Source of the DNA: Acidimicrobiia bacterium
Lineage (GTDB): Bacteria > Actinomycetota > Acidimicrobiia > Spongiisociales > UBA5794
Assembly: GCA_041611095.1 (NCBI GenBank)
Contig: JBFINP010000004.1
Coordinates: 4,065 to 68,064 of the forward strand
Direction: 5' to 3'
Length of the DNA: 64,000 nt
Position 1 is the first letter of the stretch. Each line of letters starts with the position of its first letter. The position numbers and the translations under genes were made by a program. The notes under the pieces were generated by a model. The model worked only from the letters and a program-made list of their open reading frames with translations, ran no database searches and was not told the DNA's origin. Shown here piece by piece: positions 18,402 to 32,381 of the stretch.

Positions 18402-19150
18402 ACGCCCGTCTCGATCGCGAGCTGGTGCGGCGTCGCCTCGTACCGAGCCGTTCGGCCGCCCGCCGTGCCATCGTGGAGGGTCGGGTCCAGGTGGGCGGCG
18501 TGGCGGAGAGGCGACCCGCAGCCCGGGTCGATGCGACGACCGCCCTGGACGTGGACCACTCGGCCACGCGCTACGTCGGCCGCGGAGGCCACAAGCTGGC
18601 CGCGGCGCTCGATGCATTCGCCATCGATGTCGCCGGCAAGGTGGCGCTCGATGTGGGGGCGGCGACGGGCGGCTTCGCCGATTGTCTGCTTCAACGCGGT
18701 GCGGCCTCGGTCGTCGCCGTCGACGTCGGAACCGGCCAGCTGCACCCGGATCTCGTAGCCGATCCCCGCGTCCGCAACCTCGAACAAACCGACATCCGGT
18801 CGTTCGATCCGACCGCCGCGGGCGGCCCCTTCAGGTTTGTCGCCGTTGATGTCTCGTTCGTCTCGCTCGTGCCGCTGGCGGGAGCGATCGCCCGCTGTGT
18901 GCACCCGGATGGCGATCTGGTGGTGCTCGTCAAACCCCAATTCGAAGCCGGCCCCAACGGGCGAACGAAGGACGGTGTGGTGGAGGATGCCGAGCTGCGA
19001 CAGAGGGCCGTCGTAGCCGTCGCCTCGGCGTTCAAAGAGATCGGCTGGCTCGAGAAGGGACGCACCCCATCGCCCCTGACCGGCGCCGCCGGCAATCGAG
19101 AGACCTTGGTGTGGCTCCGGCACGGCGGAGAGGCGAGGCACGATGGCTGA
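18398..19150 (+). CDS. tlyA: TlyA family rRNA (cytidine-2'-O)-methyltransferase
   Basis: S4-like N-terminus LDRELVRRRLVPSRSAARRAI and SAM motif LDVGAATGGFADCLLQRGA. Confidence 0.9.
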   Translation: MNARLDRELVRRRLVPSRSAARRAIVEGRVQVGGVAERRPAARVDATTALDVDHSATRYVGRGGHKLAAALDAFAIDVAGKVALDVGAATGGFADCLLQRGAASVVAVDVGTGQLHPDLVADPRVRNLEQTDIRSFDPTAAGGPFRFVAVDVSFVSLVPLAGAIARCVHPDGDLVVLVKPQFEAGPNGRTKDGVVEDAELRQRAVVAVASAFKEIGWLEKGRTPSPLTGAAGNRETLVWLRHGGEARHDG

Positions 19151-19947
19151 CGGCGGCGGTCTCCGTCTCGGCCTCGTCTTCAACGACGACCGGCCCGAAG
19201 CTGCAAAGGCGGCCGAGCGCCTCGATGCCGCGGCGCGCGAGTACGGCCACACCACAGAGGTGACGAGCCTCGGCAAGCGAGTCGACGTCGACATCGTGGT
19301 CGGCATCGGTGGTGACGGAACGCTGCTCGAAGCGGCACAGGTCGCCCACGCCGCCGATCTCCCGGTGGTCGGGATCAACCTCGGCACGGTTGGATACCTC
19401 ACCGAGTTCGAGCCCGACGAGCTCGAAGAGTTGTTGGCTGCCATCGCCCTCGAGCCGCGCCCGGAGAGGGGCCGGATGACCATACGTGCGAACACGGCCG
19501 ACGGCCGGACGTGGCACGGGATCAACGATGTGGTGCTCGAGAAGGTCCTGAGCCAGCGCGTGGTGCGCATCGCCGTCACGATCGACGGGGAGTACTTCAC
19601 GACCTACCGCGCCGACGGCATCATCGTGGCGACCCCGCTCGGATCCACGGCCTACTCCCTCTCGGTCGGGGGCCCTGTGCTCGCTCCCGAGCTCGAGGCC
19701 CTGGTGCTCAGCCCGGTCGCACCCCATAGCCTGCTCAGCCGCTCGCTCGTGCTCGCCCCTGCAACGGTCATCGAGTTCCGCGTCGTCGGCGGGCGGGAAG
19801 TCCGGGTCAATCTCGATGGCCGCGAGGCCTGCGTTCTCGGTGACGACGAGTCGCTCGTGGTGCGTCGGGGCGAGCGACCGGTTCGCTTCATCTCGCTCGG
19901 CACACACCCTTTCCCGCAGGGCGTGCGCAAGCAGTTCGGGCTCGACC

Positions 19948-19955
<8 letters not shown>
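19143..19955 (+). CDS. nadK: NAD kinase
   Basis: GGDGTLL and NLGTVGYLTEF motifs. Synteny tlyA-nadK-recN. Confidence 0.92.
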
Positions 19956-23798
<3,843 letters not shown>

Positions 23799-23799
<1 letters not shown>

Positions 23800-24698
23800 T
23801 GGACCTCTCCACGGCCATCGAGGACTTCTTGGCCTCGCTGCGGTCGGAGCGTGGGCTGGCCCGCAACACGGTGGCAGCGTATCGCCGCGACTTGGAACAG
23901 TACGCCGCCTACCTCGCCTCGGTGGGCATCGATCGGATCGACCAGATCTCCGAGGATGCGGTTTCCGGATTCGTCGGCACGCTGAAGGATCGCGGGCTCG
24001 CCGCCAGCACTGCGGCGCGAAAGCTCGCCGCCGTCCGCGGCCTGCACGGCTTCCTCGTCGCAGAAGGCAACTCCGGCGTCGACCCGACGACGAGGATCGA
24101 TGCGCCGCAGCGACCGGCATCCCTCCCCAAGGCGCTGTCTGTCGGGGAGATGCATGCGCTGCTCGATGCGCCGGACCCCTCGACACCGCTCGGCGTGCGC
24201 GATCGGGCACTGTTGGAGCTGATGTACGCGACCGGCGCCCGAGTGGCCGAGACCGTCGGCGTGCGGGTGGAGGACGTCGACCTGGAGTCCAAATCTGTCT
24301 TGCTCACCGGCAAGGGCAGCAAGCAGCGCATCGTTCCGCTCGGTGCGTACGCAGTCGATGCGTTCACCGCCTACCTGCCGGTTCGCTTGGAGCTGAAACG
24401 AGGCCGGCGGGACGCCGGATGGCTGTTCTTGAACGCCCGCGGTGGTCGGCTCACCCGCCAGGGCGTGTTTCGCATCCTGCGTGGTCATGCAGACCGCGCC
24501 GGTCTCGATCCGGCGCGGGTGTCGCCTCATGTACTGCGCCATTCGGCAGCCACGCACATGGTCGAAGGGGGGGCAGACCTCCGAACCGTCCAGGAGATCC
24601 TCGGGCACGCTAATATCACCACCACGCAGATCTACACGCGGGTGACTCCGCAGCATCTGTACGAGGTTTTTGTCTCCTCCCATCCGCGGAGTGGTTGA
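23799..24698 (+). CDS. xerD: site-specific tyrosine recombinase XerD
   Basis: N-terminal SAM-like IEDFLASLRSERGLARNTVAAYRRDL and C-terminal catalytic HVLRHSAATHM ... LGHANITTTQIYT. Housekeeping synteny (pyrG-nudix-xerD). Confidence 0.9.
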
Positions 24699-25069
24699 CG
24701 CCCTCGTACGCCCCCCAAGGAGTGGAGATCGTGGACCGGGACGCAGCCACCGCCGTGCTCAACACCGAACGCGACAAGCTCGTCAAACAGCTCACCGAGC
24801 TCGGTGCCAACGAGGCCGGCGAGTTGACGGGCGACGTCGACTATGGAGACGGCTTTGCCGACGCCGCAGCGGCTACGGCAGAGCGCACGGAGGTGCTCGG
24901 CCTCATCGAGAACCTGCGGGTGATGCTCGTCGACGTCGACAGAGCCCTGGCTCGAGTCTCCGAGGGGAAGTACGGACAGTGCGAGTCGTGCGGCAAGGAC
25001 ATTGGCGCCGCCCGCATGGAGTTCCGGCCCACCTCGCGGTTCTGCGTCGACTGCAAGTCCAAGCGCTGA
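24695..25069 (+). CDS. TraR/DksA-family C4 zinc-finger protein
   Basis: Coiled-coil N-terminal part and CESCGKDIGAARMEFRPTSRFCVDCK. The TTG start overlaps the xerD stop (TTGA). Confidence 0.75.
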   Translation: MTPSYAPQGVEIVDRDAATAVLNTERDKLVKQLTELGANEAGELTGDVDYGDGFADAAAATAERTEVLGLIENLRVMLVDVDRALARVSEGKYGQCESCGKDIGAARMEFRPTSRFCVDCKSKR

Positions 25070-25075
25070 GGGACG

Positions 25076-25555
25076 GTGAGGGGGCTCGATCTGCCGCATC
25101 TGGTGCGGCGCTTCGTCCAGGTGGTCCGCCCTGATCCCCTCTCTCCGGCGGAACAGGCCCAAGTCGCCGGCTTCCTCCGGCCCGCCGAGCGGTCGCTCTT
25201 CTGGGCCCAGGCACCGGCCGATCAGCGTCATGCGTACGAGACGATGCGGCGTGCCGCACTCGTCACGAGTGACGCCACGGTTCTCCGCGCCGCCCTCCTG
25301 CACGACGTCGGCAAGGCCGGAGTGCGGCTCGGCGCCATCGGCCGCAGCATCGCCACCGCCGCCGACGTGGCCGGGCTGCCGATGAGTCCCCGGATGCGCA
25401 AGTACCGCCGCCACGGCGCGGTCGGGGCCGAGATGCTCGAGCACGCGGGTTCGGAGCCGCTGGCCGTGGCGTTCGCCGCCCGCCATCCCGATCCCGACCC
25501 CGGCGAGTGCGATCCGGCACACTGGCGCACGCTGCTCGACGCCGACGACGTCTGA
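25076..25555 (+). CDS. HD-domain phosphohydrolase-like protein
   Basis: RHAYETMR ... AALLHDVGK motif. Confidence 0.65.
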   Translation: MRGLDLPHLVRRFVQVVRPDPLSPAEQAQVAGFLRPAERSLFWAQAPADQRHAYETMRRAALVTSDATVLRAALLHDVGKAGVRLGAIGRSIATAADVAGLPMSPRMRKYRRHGAVGAEMLEHAGSEPLAVAFAARHPDPDPGECDPAHWRTLLDADDV

Positions 25556-25629
25556 GCCTCGAATGCCACCTCGATCGACGCCTCCATCCCTACCATGACC
25601 GCCAGTCGACGCATGCGGTTACAGCACCC

Positions 25630-26397
25630 ATGAGCTACGAAGTGAAGACGCGGGTCTTCGAGGGCCCCCTCGATCTCCTGCTCCAACTCATCACGTCGCA
25701 CCAGCTCGACATCACCGAGCTGAGCCTGACGTTGCTCGTGGAGGAGTACCTCGCCCACCTCGACGCCATGCGTGACCTCGACATCGACGTGACGTCGGAG
25801 TTCTTGCTGATCGCCGCAACGCTGATCCAGCTCAAGGCGCGCCACCTGTTGCCCGGGGACGGCGGAATCGACCTCGACGAGGAGCTGGAGCTGGCCGAGG
25901 AGCGCGACCGGCTGCTCTCGCGCCTGCTCGCCTGTCTCACGTTCAAAGACGTCGCCGCGGTGTTCTCGCACCGCATGGACGGAAACGCCAGATACGTGCC
26001 GCGCCTCGCAGGGCTCGGTCCCGACATCACACCGGCGCAGCCGGAGGTCCGGCTCGGTGTCGGCCCGCTGGAGCTGGCGGCGATCGCGGAACGCGTGTTT
26101 CGCCACGTCGCTGACGAGCCCGACCTCGATCACTTGGACCTGGACCTTCCCTCGGTCGAGGACGCGATCGCTGATCTGCGCGCCCGTCTCAATGCCGAGG
26201 CGGTCGCCGAGTTCGATGCGCTCGTGGAGCATTGCCGGCGTCCTCTCGAGGTGATCGCCTACTTCCTGGCGCTCTTGGAGCTGGCACGCTGGGGCGTCGT
26301 CCAGGTCAACCAGGACGCTCCGGGAGGGGCCATCGAGGTCAGCCACGACCCGAGCCGTGCCGACGGCGCGGCACAGTTCTTCACATCGGAGTGGTGA
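25630..26397 (+). CDS. scpA: segregation and condensation protein A
   Basis: VFEGPLDLLLQLITSHQLDITELSLTLLVEEYL. ATG at 25630; the upstream ORF part overlaps the HD gene. Confidence 0.9.
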   Translation: MSYEVKTRVFEGPLDLLLQLITSHQLDITELSLTLLVEEYLAHLDAMRDLDIDVTSEFLLIAATLIQLKARHLLPGDGGIDLDEELELAEERDRLLSRLLACLTFKDVAAVFSHRMDGNARYVPRLAGLGPDITPAQPEVRLGVGPLELAAIAERVFRHVADEPDLDHLDLDLPSVEDAIADLRARLNAEAVAEFDALVEHCRRPLEVIAYFLALLELARWGVVQVNQDAPGGAIEVSHDPSRADGAAQFFTSEW

Positions 26398-26399
26398 GC

Positions 26400-26957
26400 A
26401 TGGATACCAAGGCCGTCCTCGAGGCGATTCTCTTCGTGGCCGAGAGCCCGGTCGCCGCAGGCGAGCTCGCCGAGCTCCTCGAGCTGCCAACCGGCGACAT
26501 CGAAGCGACCCTGGAGGCGATGGCGGCCGAGCTGGATACCACGGAGCGGGGAATCGTGCTCCGCAATGTCGCCGGTGGATGGCGGCTGTACAGCAGGCCG
26601 GAGGCCCACCCCTATCTCGAGCGCTTCGCCGCCACCGAGCGCGCCACCAGGCTCAGCTCCGCAGCGCTCGAGACATTGGCGGTCGTCGCATACAAGCAGC
26701 CGGTGTCTCGCGGCCAGATCGCCGAGATACGCGGCGTGGATTCCGAGCGTGCGCTGCGTACGTTGGAGCGGCGCGGGCTCGTCGTGGAGGTCGGGCGCCT
26801 CGAGGGTCCCGGGCAGGCGGTCCTCTACGGGACGACGGAGCTGTTCCTCGAGAAGCTCGGCGTGCCGGGGCTCGGAGGGCTTCCGCCCATTGCCGATCAC
26901 GTTCCTCCTGCCGACGTGGTGGATGCGCTCGAGCGTCCATTCCGGCCGGAGGCATGA
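26400..26957 (+). CDS. scpB: segregation and condensation protein B
   Basis: VLEAILFVAESPVAAGELAELL ... ALETLAVVAYKQPVSRGQIAEIRGV. Confidence 0.9.
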   Translation: MDTKAVLEAILFVAESPVAAGELAELLELPTGDIEATLEAMAAELDTTERGIVLRNVAGGWRLYSRPEAHPYLERFAATERATRLSSAALETLAVVAYKQPVSRGQIAEIRGVDSERALRTLERRGLVVEVGRLEGPGQAVLYGTTELFLEKLGVPGLGGLPPIADHVPPADVVDALERPFRPEA

Positions 26958-27712
26958 CGGAGCGCATCCACAAGGTCATCGCCCGCTCCGGCTTCGTGTC
27001 GCTGCGGCGCGCCGAGCAGCTCATCCGCTCCGGGCGCGTCACCGTCGATGGCAACCGCGCGACGATCGGTCAGCGGGTCGACCCGGACCGTGTCGAGATC
27101 GCCGTCGACGGCGTCACGCTTCCCGTCCGAGCCGACCTCGAGTACTACGTGGTGTACAAGCCCGTCGGGGTCGTGTCCACGGCCGCGGACACGCACGGGA
27201 GGACGACGGTGGTCGATCTCGTGCCGGACGCCGGCCGCGTCTACCCGGTCGGGCGACTCGACGCGGACAGTGAGGGTCTCCTCATCCTCACCAACGACGG
27301 CGAGCTGACGAACCGGCTCACCCACCCGCGGTATGGCGTCGAGAAGACCTACACCGTGCTCGCCTACGGCAACGTCACCGAGGCCGCGCTGCGCCGTTTG
27401 ACCAGCGGAGTCGACCTGGGCGACGGACCCGCGACCGCGCTGCGGGCGAGCCTCGTCGATCGCAGACCCGACCGCACGCTGGTAGAGGTCGTGATGGGCG
27501 AGGGGCGCAAGCGCGAGGTGCGTCGCATGTTCGACGCGATCGGACACCCCGTGCGGCGTCTCGTGCGGACGGCGATCGGCCCGTTGCGGGATTCCCGTCT
27601 CGCCCCCGGCGACGCACGGCGGTTGACCATTGAGGAGGTCCGCTCCTTGTACGCGACGGCGAGCCCGGCGTGGGAAGATGCCGGCGGCGCATCCAACGCA
27701 TCAGATGAGTGA
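26954..27712 (+). CDS. rluB: RsuA/RluB-family 23S rRNA pseudouridine synthase
   Basis: S4 domain RIHKVIARSGFVSLRRAEQLIRSGRVTVDG and catalytic PVGRLDADSEGLLILTNDG. ATGA overlap with scpB. Confidence 0.88.
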   Translation: MTERIHKVIARSGFVSLRRAEQLIRSGRVTVDGNRATIGQRVDPDRVEIAVDGVTLPVRADLEYYVVYKPVGVVSTAADTHGRTTVVDLVPDAGRVYPVGRLDADSEGLLILTNDGELTNRLTHPRYGVEKTYTVLAYGNVTEAALRRLTSGVDLGDGPATALRASLVDRRPDRTLVEVVMGEGRKREVRRMFDAIGHPVRRLVRTAIGPLRDSRLAPGDARRLTIEEVRSLYATASPAWEDAGGASNASDE

Positions 27713-28991
27713 CCTGACCGTACGGCTCCCCGACGGACCCTTCAACGCCACGATCTCCGTCCCCGGCGACAAGTCGCTGTCGCATCGGGCGCTCATCTTC
27801 GCCGCCATGGCCCGTGGCGACTCCCGGGTGGAGGGGGCGGGGCCGGGTGCCGACATCGAATCCACCCGCTCCGTCCTCCGCCGGCTCGGCGTCACCATCG
27901 AGGGCGAGACGGTCTCATCTCGGGGTGTTGGGGGATGGGCAGAGCCGTCCGGGGTGCTCGACTGCGGCAACTCCGGCACCACCCTGCGGCTCATGGCCGG
28001 AGCGCTGGCCGCCCGACCTTTCGGCTCGGTGCTGACCGGGGATGCCTCGCTGCGGCGCAGGCCCATGCGCAGGCTCGTCGATCCTCTGGCTGCGCTCGGA
28101 GCCGAGGTGGTGGTGACGGAGCCGGACGGAACTCCCCCGATCCGGATCGGCGGTGCAGCGTCGGGCCTCAGGGGCGCAGCAGCGTCGGTGGGACTTGCTT
28201 CGGCCCAGGTACGGTCCTCGTTCGAGCTCGCGGCGCTCCAGGCCGACGGGGCGTCCGTGATCGACAGCCCGCCGGGCTACCGCGACCACACGGAGCGGAT
28301 GCTCGAGACGTTGGGGCTCGGAAGGCCGGTGTCCGCCACCCGGTTCGAGATCCTTCCCGGCGACGTACCGGCCGGGACGTACCTCGTACCAGGGGATCCC
28401 TCGTCGGCGGCATTCCTGTGGGCGATGGCGGCCGTGCGGCGGGGGAGCGAGGTGACCACACCCGGAGTCTCTTTGAACCCAGGCCGCATCGGCTTCCTCC
28501 AGATCCTCGAAGCCTTCGGGGCCGAGATCCACGCCGAGGTCACCGGAGCGATGCTCGGCGATCCGGTCGGGAGCGTGACGGTCAGGGGGCGGGGTCTGTT
28601 TGCGGTCGATGTCTCCGGGAGCCTGGCGACCGCAGCGCTCGACGAGCTGCCCCTCGTAGGAATCCTCGGAGCGCTGGCTGAGGGTGTCACCGTGGTTAGA
28701 GACGCCGCCGAGCTGTCGGCCAAGGAGAGCGACAGGATCGCATCGACGGTGGCGCTCATCCGTTCACTGGCCGGCGGTGCGGAGGGTACGGGCGACGGGT
28801 TCGCCGTGGTTGGTACCGGGTTCCTCGAGCCTGGTCGGGTCGAGTCGATGGGTGACCACCGCATCGCGATGGCGGCTGCCGTCGCTGCGGCCCGGGTCGA
28901 AGGTACCGTCGAGATCGGCGACGCCGAGTCAGCGGCAGTGTCGTGGCCCGGATACTTCGACGTCGTGGAGGGCTTGTGGTCATCGCAATAG
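27705..28991 (+). CDS. aroA: 3-phosphoshikimate 1-carboxyvinyltransferase (EPSP synthase)
   Basis: VPGDKSLSHRALIFAAMA, LDCGNSGTTLRLMAG and KESDRI motifs. The start overlaps the rluB stop. Confidence 0.92.
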   Translation: MSDLTVRLPDGPFNATISVPGDKSLSHRALIFAAMARGDSRVEGAGPGADIESTRSVLRRLGVTIEGETVSSRGVGGWAEPSGVLDCGNSGTTLRLMAGALAARPFGSVLTGDASLRRRPMRRLVDPLAALGAEVVVTEPDGTPPIRIGGAASGLRGAAASVGLASAQVRSSFELAALQADGASVIDSPPGYRDHTERMLETLGLGRPVSATRFEILPGDVPAGTYLVPGDPSSAAFLWAMAAVRRGSEVTTPGVSLNPGRIGFLQILEAFGAEIHAEVTGAMLGDPVGSVTVRGRGLFAVDVSGSLATAALDELPLVGILGALAEGVTVVRDAAELSAKESDRIASTVALIRSLAGGAEGTGDGFAVVGTGFLEPGRVESMGDHRIAMAAAVAAARVEGTVEIGDAESAAVSWPGYFDVVEGLWSSQ

Positions 28992-29635
28992 ACGGACCGG
29001 GTGGTGTGGGGAAGAGCACGGTTGCGGCGCGCGTCGCCGCCGAGCTCGATCTACCCCATCTCGACACGGGTGCGATCTACCGAGCCGCGACCGTTGCCGT
29101 CGTGCACGCGGGCGTCGCCCCCGATGATGCCGAGGCCGTGCTCGACGCCGTCGGCTCGGTGAGCATCGGATACGAGGCAGGGTGCATCACCCTCGACGGT
29201 AGGGACGTCACGACTGTCGCCCGCTCCGAGGCCGTGACCGCCGCAGTGAGCGCCGTTGCGGCGATCCCTCAGCTGCGTCAGGTGGCGGTCGAGCTGCAGC
29301 GGGAGTGGGTGCGCGACCACGGGGGAAGCGCCGTCGTGGAGGGACGCGACATCGGCACGGTTGTCTTTCCCGCCGCGACGGTGAAGGTCTTCTTGACGGC
29401 CCGTCCCGAGGTCCGGGCCGAGCGTCGGGCGCGCGACGCTTCGACCACTGAGCGCGACATCGCCGCGGTCGCTGCGGATCTCGCCCGCCGCGACCACTAC
29501 GACTCGACTCGGGAGATCTCACCGCTGCGACCGGCCGACGACGCCACGATCATCGACACGTCCGAGCTGGGCATCGACGAGGTCGTCGAGGAGGTCTTGG
29601 CTCTCGTATCTCCAGAACCCGGCCGGGGCGCCTAG
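28976..29635 (+). CDS. cmk: cytidylate kinase
   Basis: VIAIDGPGGVGKSTVA P-loop and GRDIGTVVFP. GTG 28976 preferred (alternative GTG 28943). Overlaps the aroA 3' end. Confidence 0.9.
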   Translation: MVIAIDGPGGVGKSTVAARVAAELDLPHLDTGAIYRAATVAVVHAGVAPDDAEAVLDAVGSVSIGYEAGCITLDGRDVTTVARSEAVTAAVSAVAAIPQLRQVAVELQREWVRDHGGSAVVEGRDIGTVVFPAATVKVFLTARPEVRAERRARDASTTERDIAAVAADLARRDHYDSTREISPLRPADDATIIDTSELGIDEVVEEVLALVSPEPGRGA

Positions 29636-29906
29636 CCGCGACGCCGCCCTGGGCTCGACGGTCGGATCGAGGAAGGGGTGGGTCGCGATCCGCTGCCAGA
29701 CGGCCCCGTCGGCCGACCACCACATGACGGGCTCAAGGGGATCTCCGAGCGGATCAAGCTCGAAGATAACCATTCCCGGCTCGCCGCCACCGCCGGCCAT
29801 GATCCAGTCGTCGACGTCGAACGGCGGCGACAGAGGCAGGGTGCCCGTCCGCATGGCCGACCGCTAGGGACGGGTGACTTGTCCCGTGTCCACGGGAGTC
29901 CCGCCT

Positions 29907-30953
29907 TCAGACCTCGATCAGTTCCAAGGCCGCCGTTGCAGTCCAATCCCGATCATTGTCAACCGGTCCGGGGCGGCCGGGGGTGCGGCAGGCATATGCG
30001 CCCTCCACCAAGGCCTGCAGCGTCTGGGCGAGCTTGCGGAGCGCCGGCGGCAGGGGGAAGTACTCGTCCTCCTCCGTCACCCGCACCAGTTCGACACCGT
30101 CGGTCGGACCAACCGCCTCGATGACGGCCTGAACCATGGCGTCCGGCGCCGAGGCGCCCGCCGTCACGCCGACGACGTCGTGGCCGCCCAGCCAGGCCGG
30201 GTCGACGCCATCAGGGCCATCGACCCGATGCGCATCGATCCCGGCGTTGCGCGCCACCCGAACCAGCGCCTGGGTGTTAGACGAGTTCTCCGAGCCGACC
30301 ACGAGCAGGAGCGAGGCGCGCTCGGCAAGCTGCTGCACCGCCGTCTGGCGGTTGGTGGTGGCGTAACAGAGGTCGCTGCGCCGCGCCGTCCACAGCTCGG
30401 GGAAGGCCTCGAGGGCGTCGTCCTGGACTCCTTCCCACTCGTACATGCCGAGCGTGGTCTGTGCCAGGAGGGCGACCCTTCCTGGGTCCGCAGGAGTGAA
30501 GCTCCCGAGCCCGACCCGAGGGTCGACCAGCGTCACTGCCTCGGGCGCCTCGGCGACGGCGCCAACCGCCTCGTCGTGCCCTTCGTGACCGACGTAGATG
30601 ATGTCGTAGCCCTGACCCGCCATGCGCTTGACCTCATGGTGGACCTTGGTGACCAGGGGGCAGACCGCATCGACCATCACCGCCGCCCGCTCGTCGGCGG
30701 CGGCCACTACCTCGGGCGCCGAGCCGTGCGCAGAGAGCATCACGGCAGCCCCTGCGGGTACCTCTGAGATGTCGTCCACGAACACGACGCCGGCTCGCTC
30801 GAACGCATCCACGACGGAGGCGTTGTGCACGATCTCGTGGTAGCAGTAGACGGGCGGTTCGAAGATCCGCACCATCCAGGTCAGCGCCTTGATGGCCATT
30901 TCGACGCCGGCGCAGAAGCCGCGCGGCTCGGCGAGCAGGACCTTGGTGGGCAT
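29907..30953 (-). CDS. ispH: 4-hydroxy-3-methylbut-2-enyl diphosphate reductase
   Basis: MPTKVLLAEPRGFCAGVEMAI N-terminus and downstream conserved Cys and His residues. ATG at 30953; the longer ORF up to 31445 is an artifact. Confidence 0.92.
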   Translation of the reverse strand: MPTKVLLAEPRGFCAGVEMAIKALTWMVRIFEPPVYCYHEIVHNASVVDAFERAGVVFVDDISEVPAGAAVMLSAHGSAPEVVAAADERAAVMVDAVCPLVTKVHHEVKRMAGQGYDIIYVGHEGHDEAVGAVAEAPEAVTLVDPRVGLGSFTPADPGRVALLAQTTLGMYEWEGVQDDALEAFPELWTARRSDLCYATTNRQTAVQQLAERASLLLVVGSENSSNTQALVRVARNAGIDAHRVDGPDGVDPAWLGGHDVVGVTAGASAPDAMVQAVIEAVGPTDGVELVRVTEEDEYFPLPPALRKLAQTLQALVEGAYACRTPGRPGPVDNDRDWTATAALELIEV

Positions 30954-30995
30954 GGCGGGAATGGTAGGCGACCTCCCTACACTTCTGGCCCTCCC

Positions 30996-32381
30996 ATGTC
31001 GCACCCGACGATCCTCGAAGTCGTACCCGGCAGCCCTGCCGCGACCGCCGGCCTCACGGTGGGCGACGAGCTTGTCGCGGTCAACGGGCTGCGGCCGAGC
31101 GACGTCATCGAGTACCAGCAGCTCGTCGACGAGCCCGATCCGGAGGTGATCGTTCGGCGGGGCGGCATCGAGCGTGAGATCGTCGTGGAGAAGGACGCAG
31201 GCCAGCCGCTCGGCCTGAGGTTGAACGCATCGATCTTCGATCGTGTCCAGACGTGTGACAACCACTGCGAGTTCTGCTTCATCTACCAGCTGCCGCCGGG
31301 CATGCGGAAGTCGCTGTACCTCAAGGACGACGACTACCGGTTGTCGTTCCTCTATGGCAATTTCACGACCCTCACGAGGTTCACGGAGCTCGATCTCGCC
31401 CGGGTGGTGGAGGAGCGCCTCGGTCCTCTCTATGTCTCGATCCACGCGACGGATCCGGACGTTCGCGTCCGAATGTTGCGCAACCCACGCGGTGCGACGA
31501 GCCTGCGCTGGCTGCGGGCACTACTCGACCACGGCGTCGAGGTGCACGGCCAGGTCGTGCTCTGTCCCGACATCAACGGGGGGGACGTGCTGGCGCGAAC
31601 CTGTGCCGAGGTCCTGGTGCGCTACCCGCAGCTGAGCTCCATGGGCATCGTTCCCCTCGGTCTGTCCCGCTTCAACAAGGAGCCGTCACTGCGTGCCCAC
31701 ACCCAGGAACAGGCGGAGCGGGATCTCGACATCATCCACACGTGGCAGGAACGGGCCTTGGAACGGCACGGCCGCCGCTACTTCTTCGCGTCCGACGAGC
31801 TCTACCTCATGGCGGGGTCGCCATTTCCCGACTCGGACAGCTACGAGGGGTACGTCCAGCACGAGAACGGCATCGGCATGGTGCGCGCCCTCTACGACGA
31901 GATCGAGCGCCTGGAGCGGGGGAGTGACGGGCGAGGCCCGATCATCACCGGCGAGTGGCGGTCGATCCCGGCCGCACCGGCAACCGGGTACCGGGCCCCG
32001 CGCCACACCGGTGGCGACCCCGTGGCGCCGGAGACGGGACCCGTGGTGATGATCACGGGGGAGTACGGTGCGCGGGCGCTCGAACCGGTCCGCGAGCGTC
32101 TCGGGCGGCTGACGGGGCGGTCCCTGCGGCTGCTCCCGGTCGACAACGAGTTCTTCGGCGGCAACGTCGCCGTGGCCGGGTTGATCGTAGGCGAGGACCT
32201 GAAGCGGACGCTGGCGGCGGACGCAGAGCCTGCCGGGCTGTACCTCCTGCCGGACGTGGCACTCCAGGGTGATCACTTCCTCGACGAGATCCCACTCGAT
32301 GAGGTTCGCGAGGTGGCCAAGGCCCCCATCCGGGCCGTCGAGGCGACCGCCGCCGGCCTGATCGCCGGCATCGCCGCATGA
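30996..32381 (+). CDS. PDZ / radical-SAM-like / DUF512 domain protein
   Basis: PDZ-like VVPGSPAATAGLTVGDELVAVNG, Cys motif CDNHCEFCF, and a DUF512-type C-terminus. ATGA overlap with der. Confidence 0.78.
   Translation: MSHPTILEVVPGSPAATAGLTVGDELVAVNGLRPSDVIEYQQLVDEPDPEVIVRRGGIEREIVVEKDAGQPLGLRLNASIFDRVQTCDNHCEFCFIYQLPPGMRKSLYLKDDDYRLSFLYGNFTTLTRFTELDLARVVEERLGPLYVSIHATDPDVRVRMLRNPRGATSLRWLRALLDHGVEVHGQVVLCPDINGGDVLARTCAEVLVRYPQLSSMGIVPLGLSRFNKEPSLRAHTQEQAERDLDIIHTWQERALERHGRRYFFASDELYLMAGSPFPDSDSYEGYVQHENGIGMVRALYDEIERLERGSDGRGPIITGEWRSIPAAPATGYRAPRHTGGDPVAPETGPVVMITGEYGARALEPVRERLGRLTGRSLRLLPVDNEFFGGNVAVAGLIVGEDLKRTLAADAEPAGLYLLPDVALQGDHFLDEIPLDEVREVAKAPIRAVEATAAGLIAGIAA

Noticed and set aside
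19700-19947. LexA box upstream of recN.
   Set aside because: recN is a classic SOS gene, but no CGAAC-N4-GTTCG match, even allowing one mismatch by eye, occurs in the nadK 3' region that precedes it.
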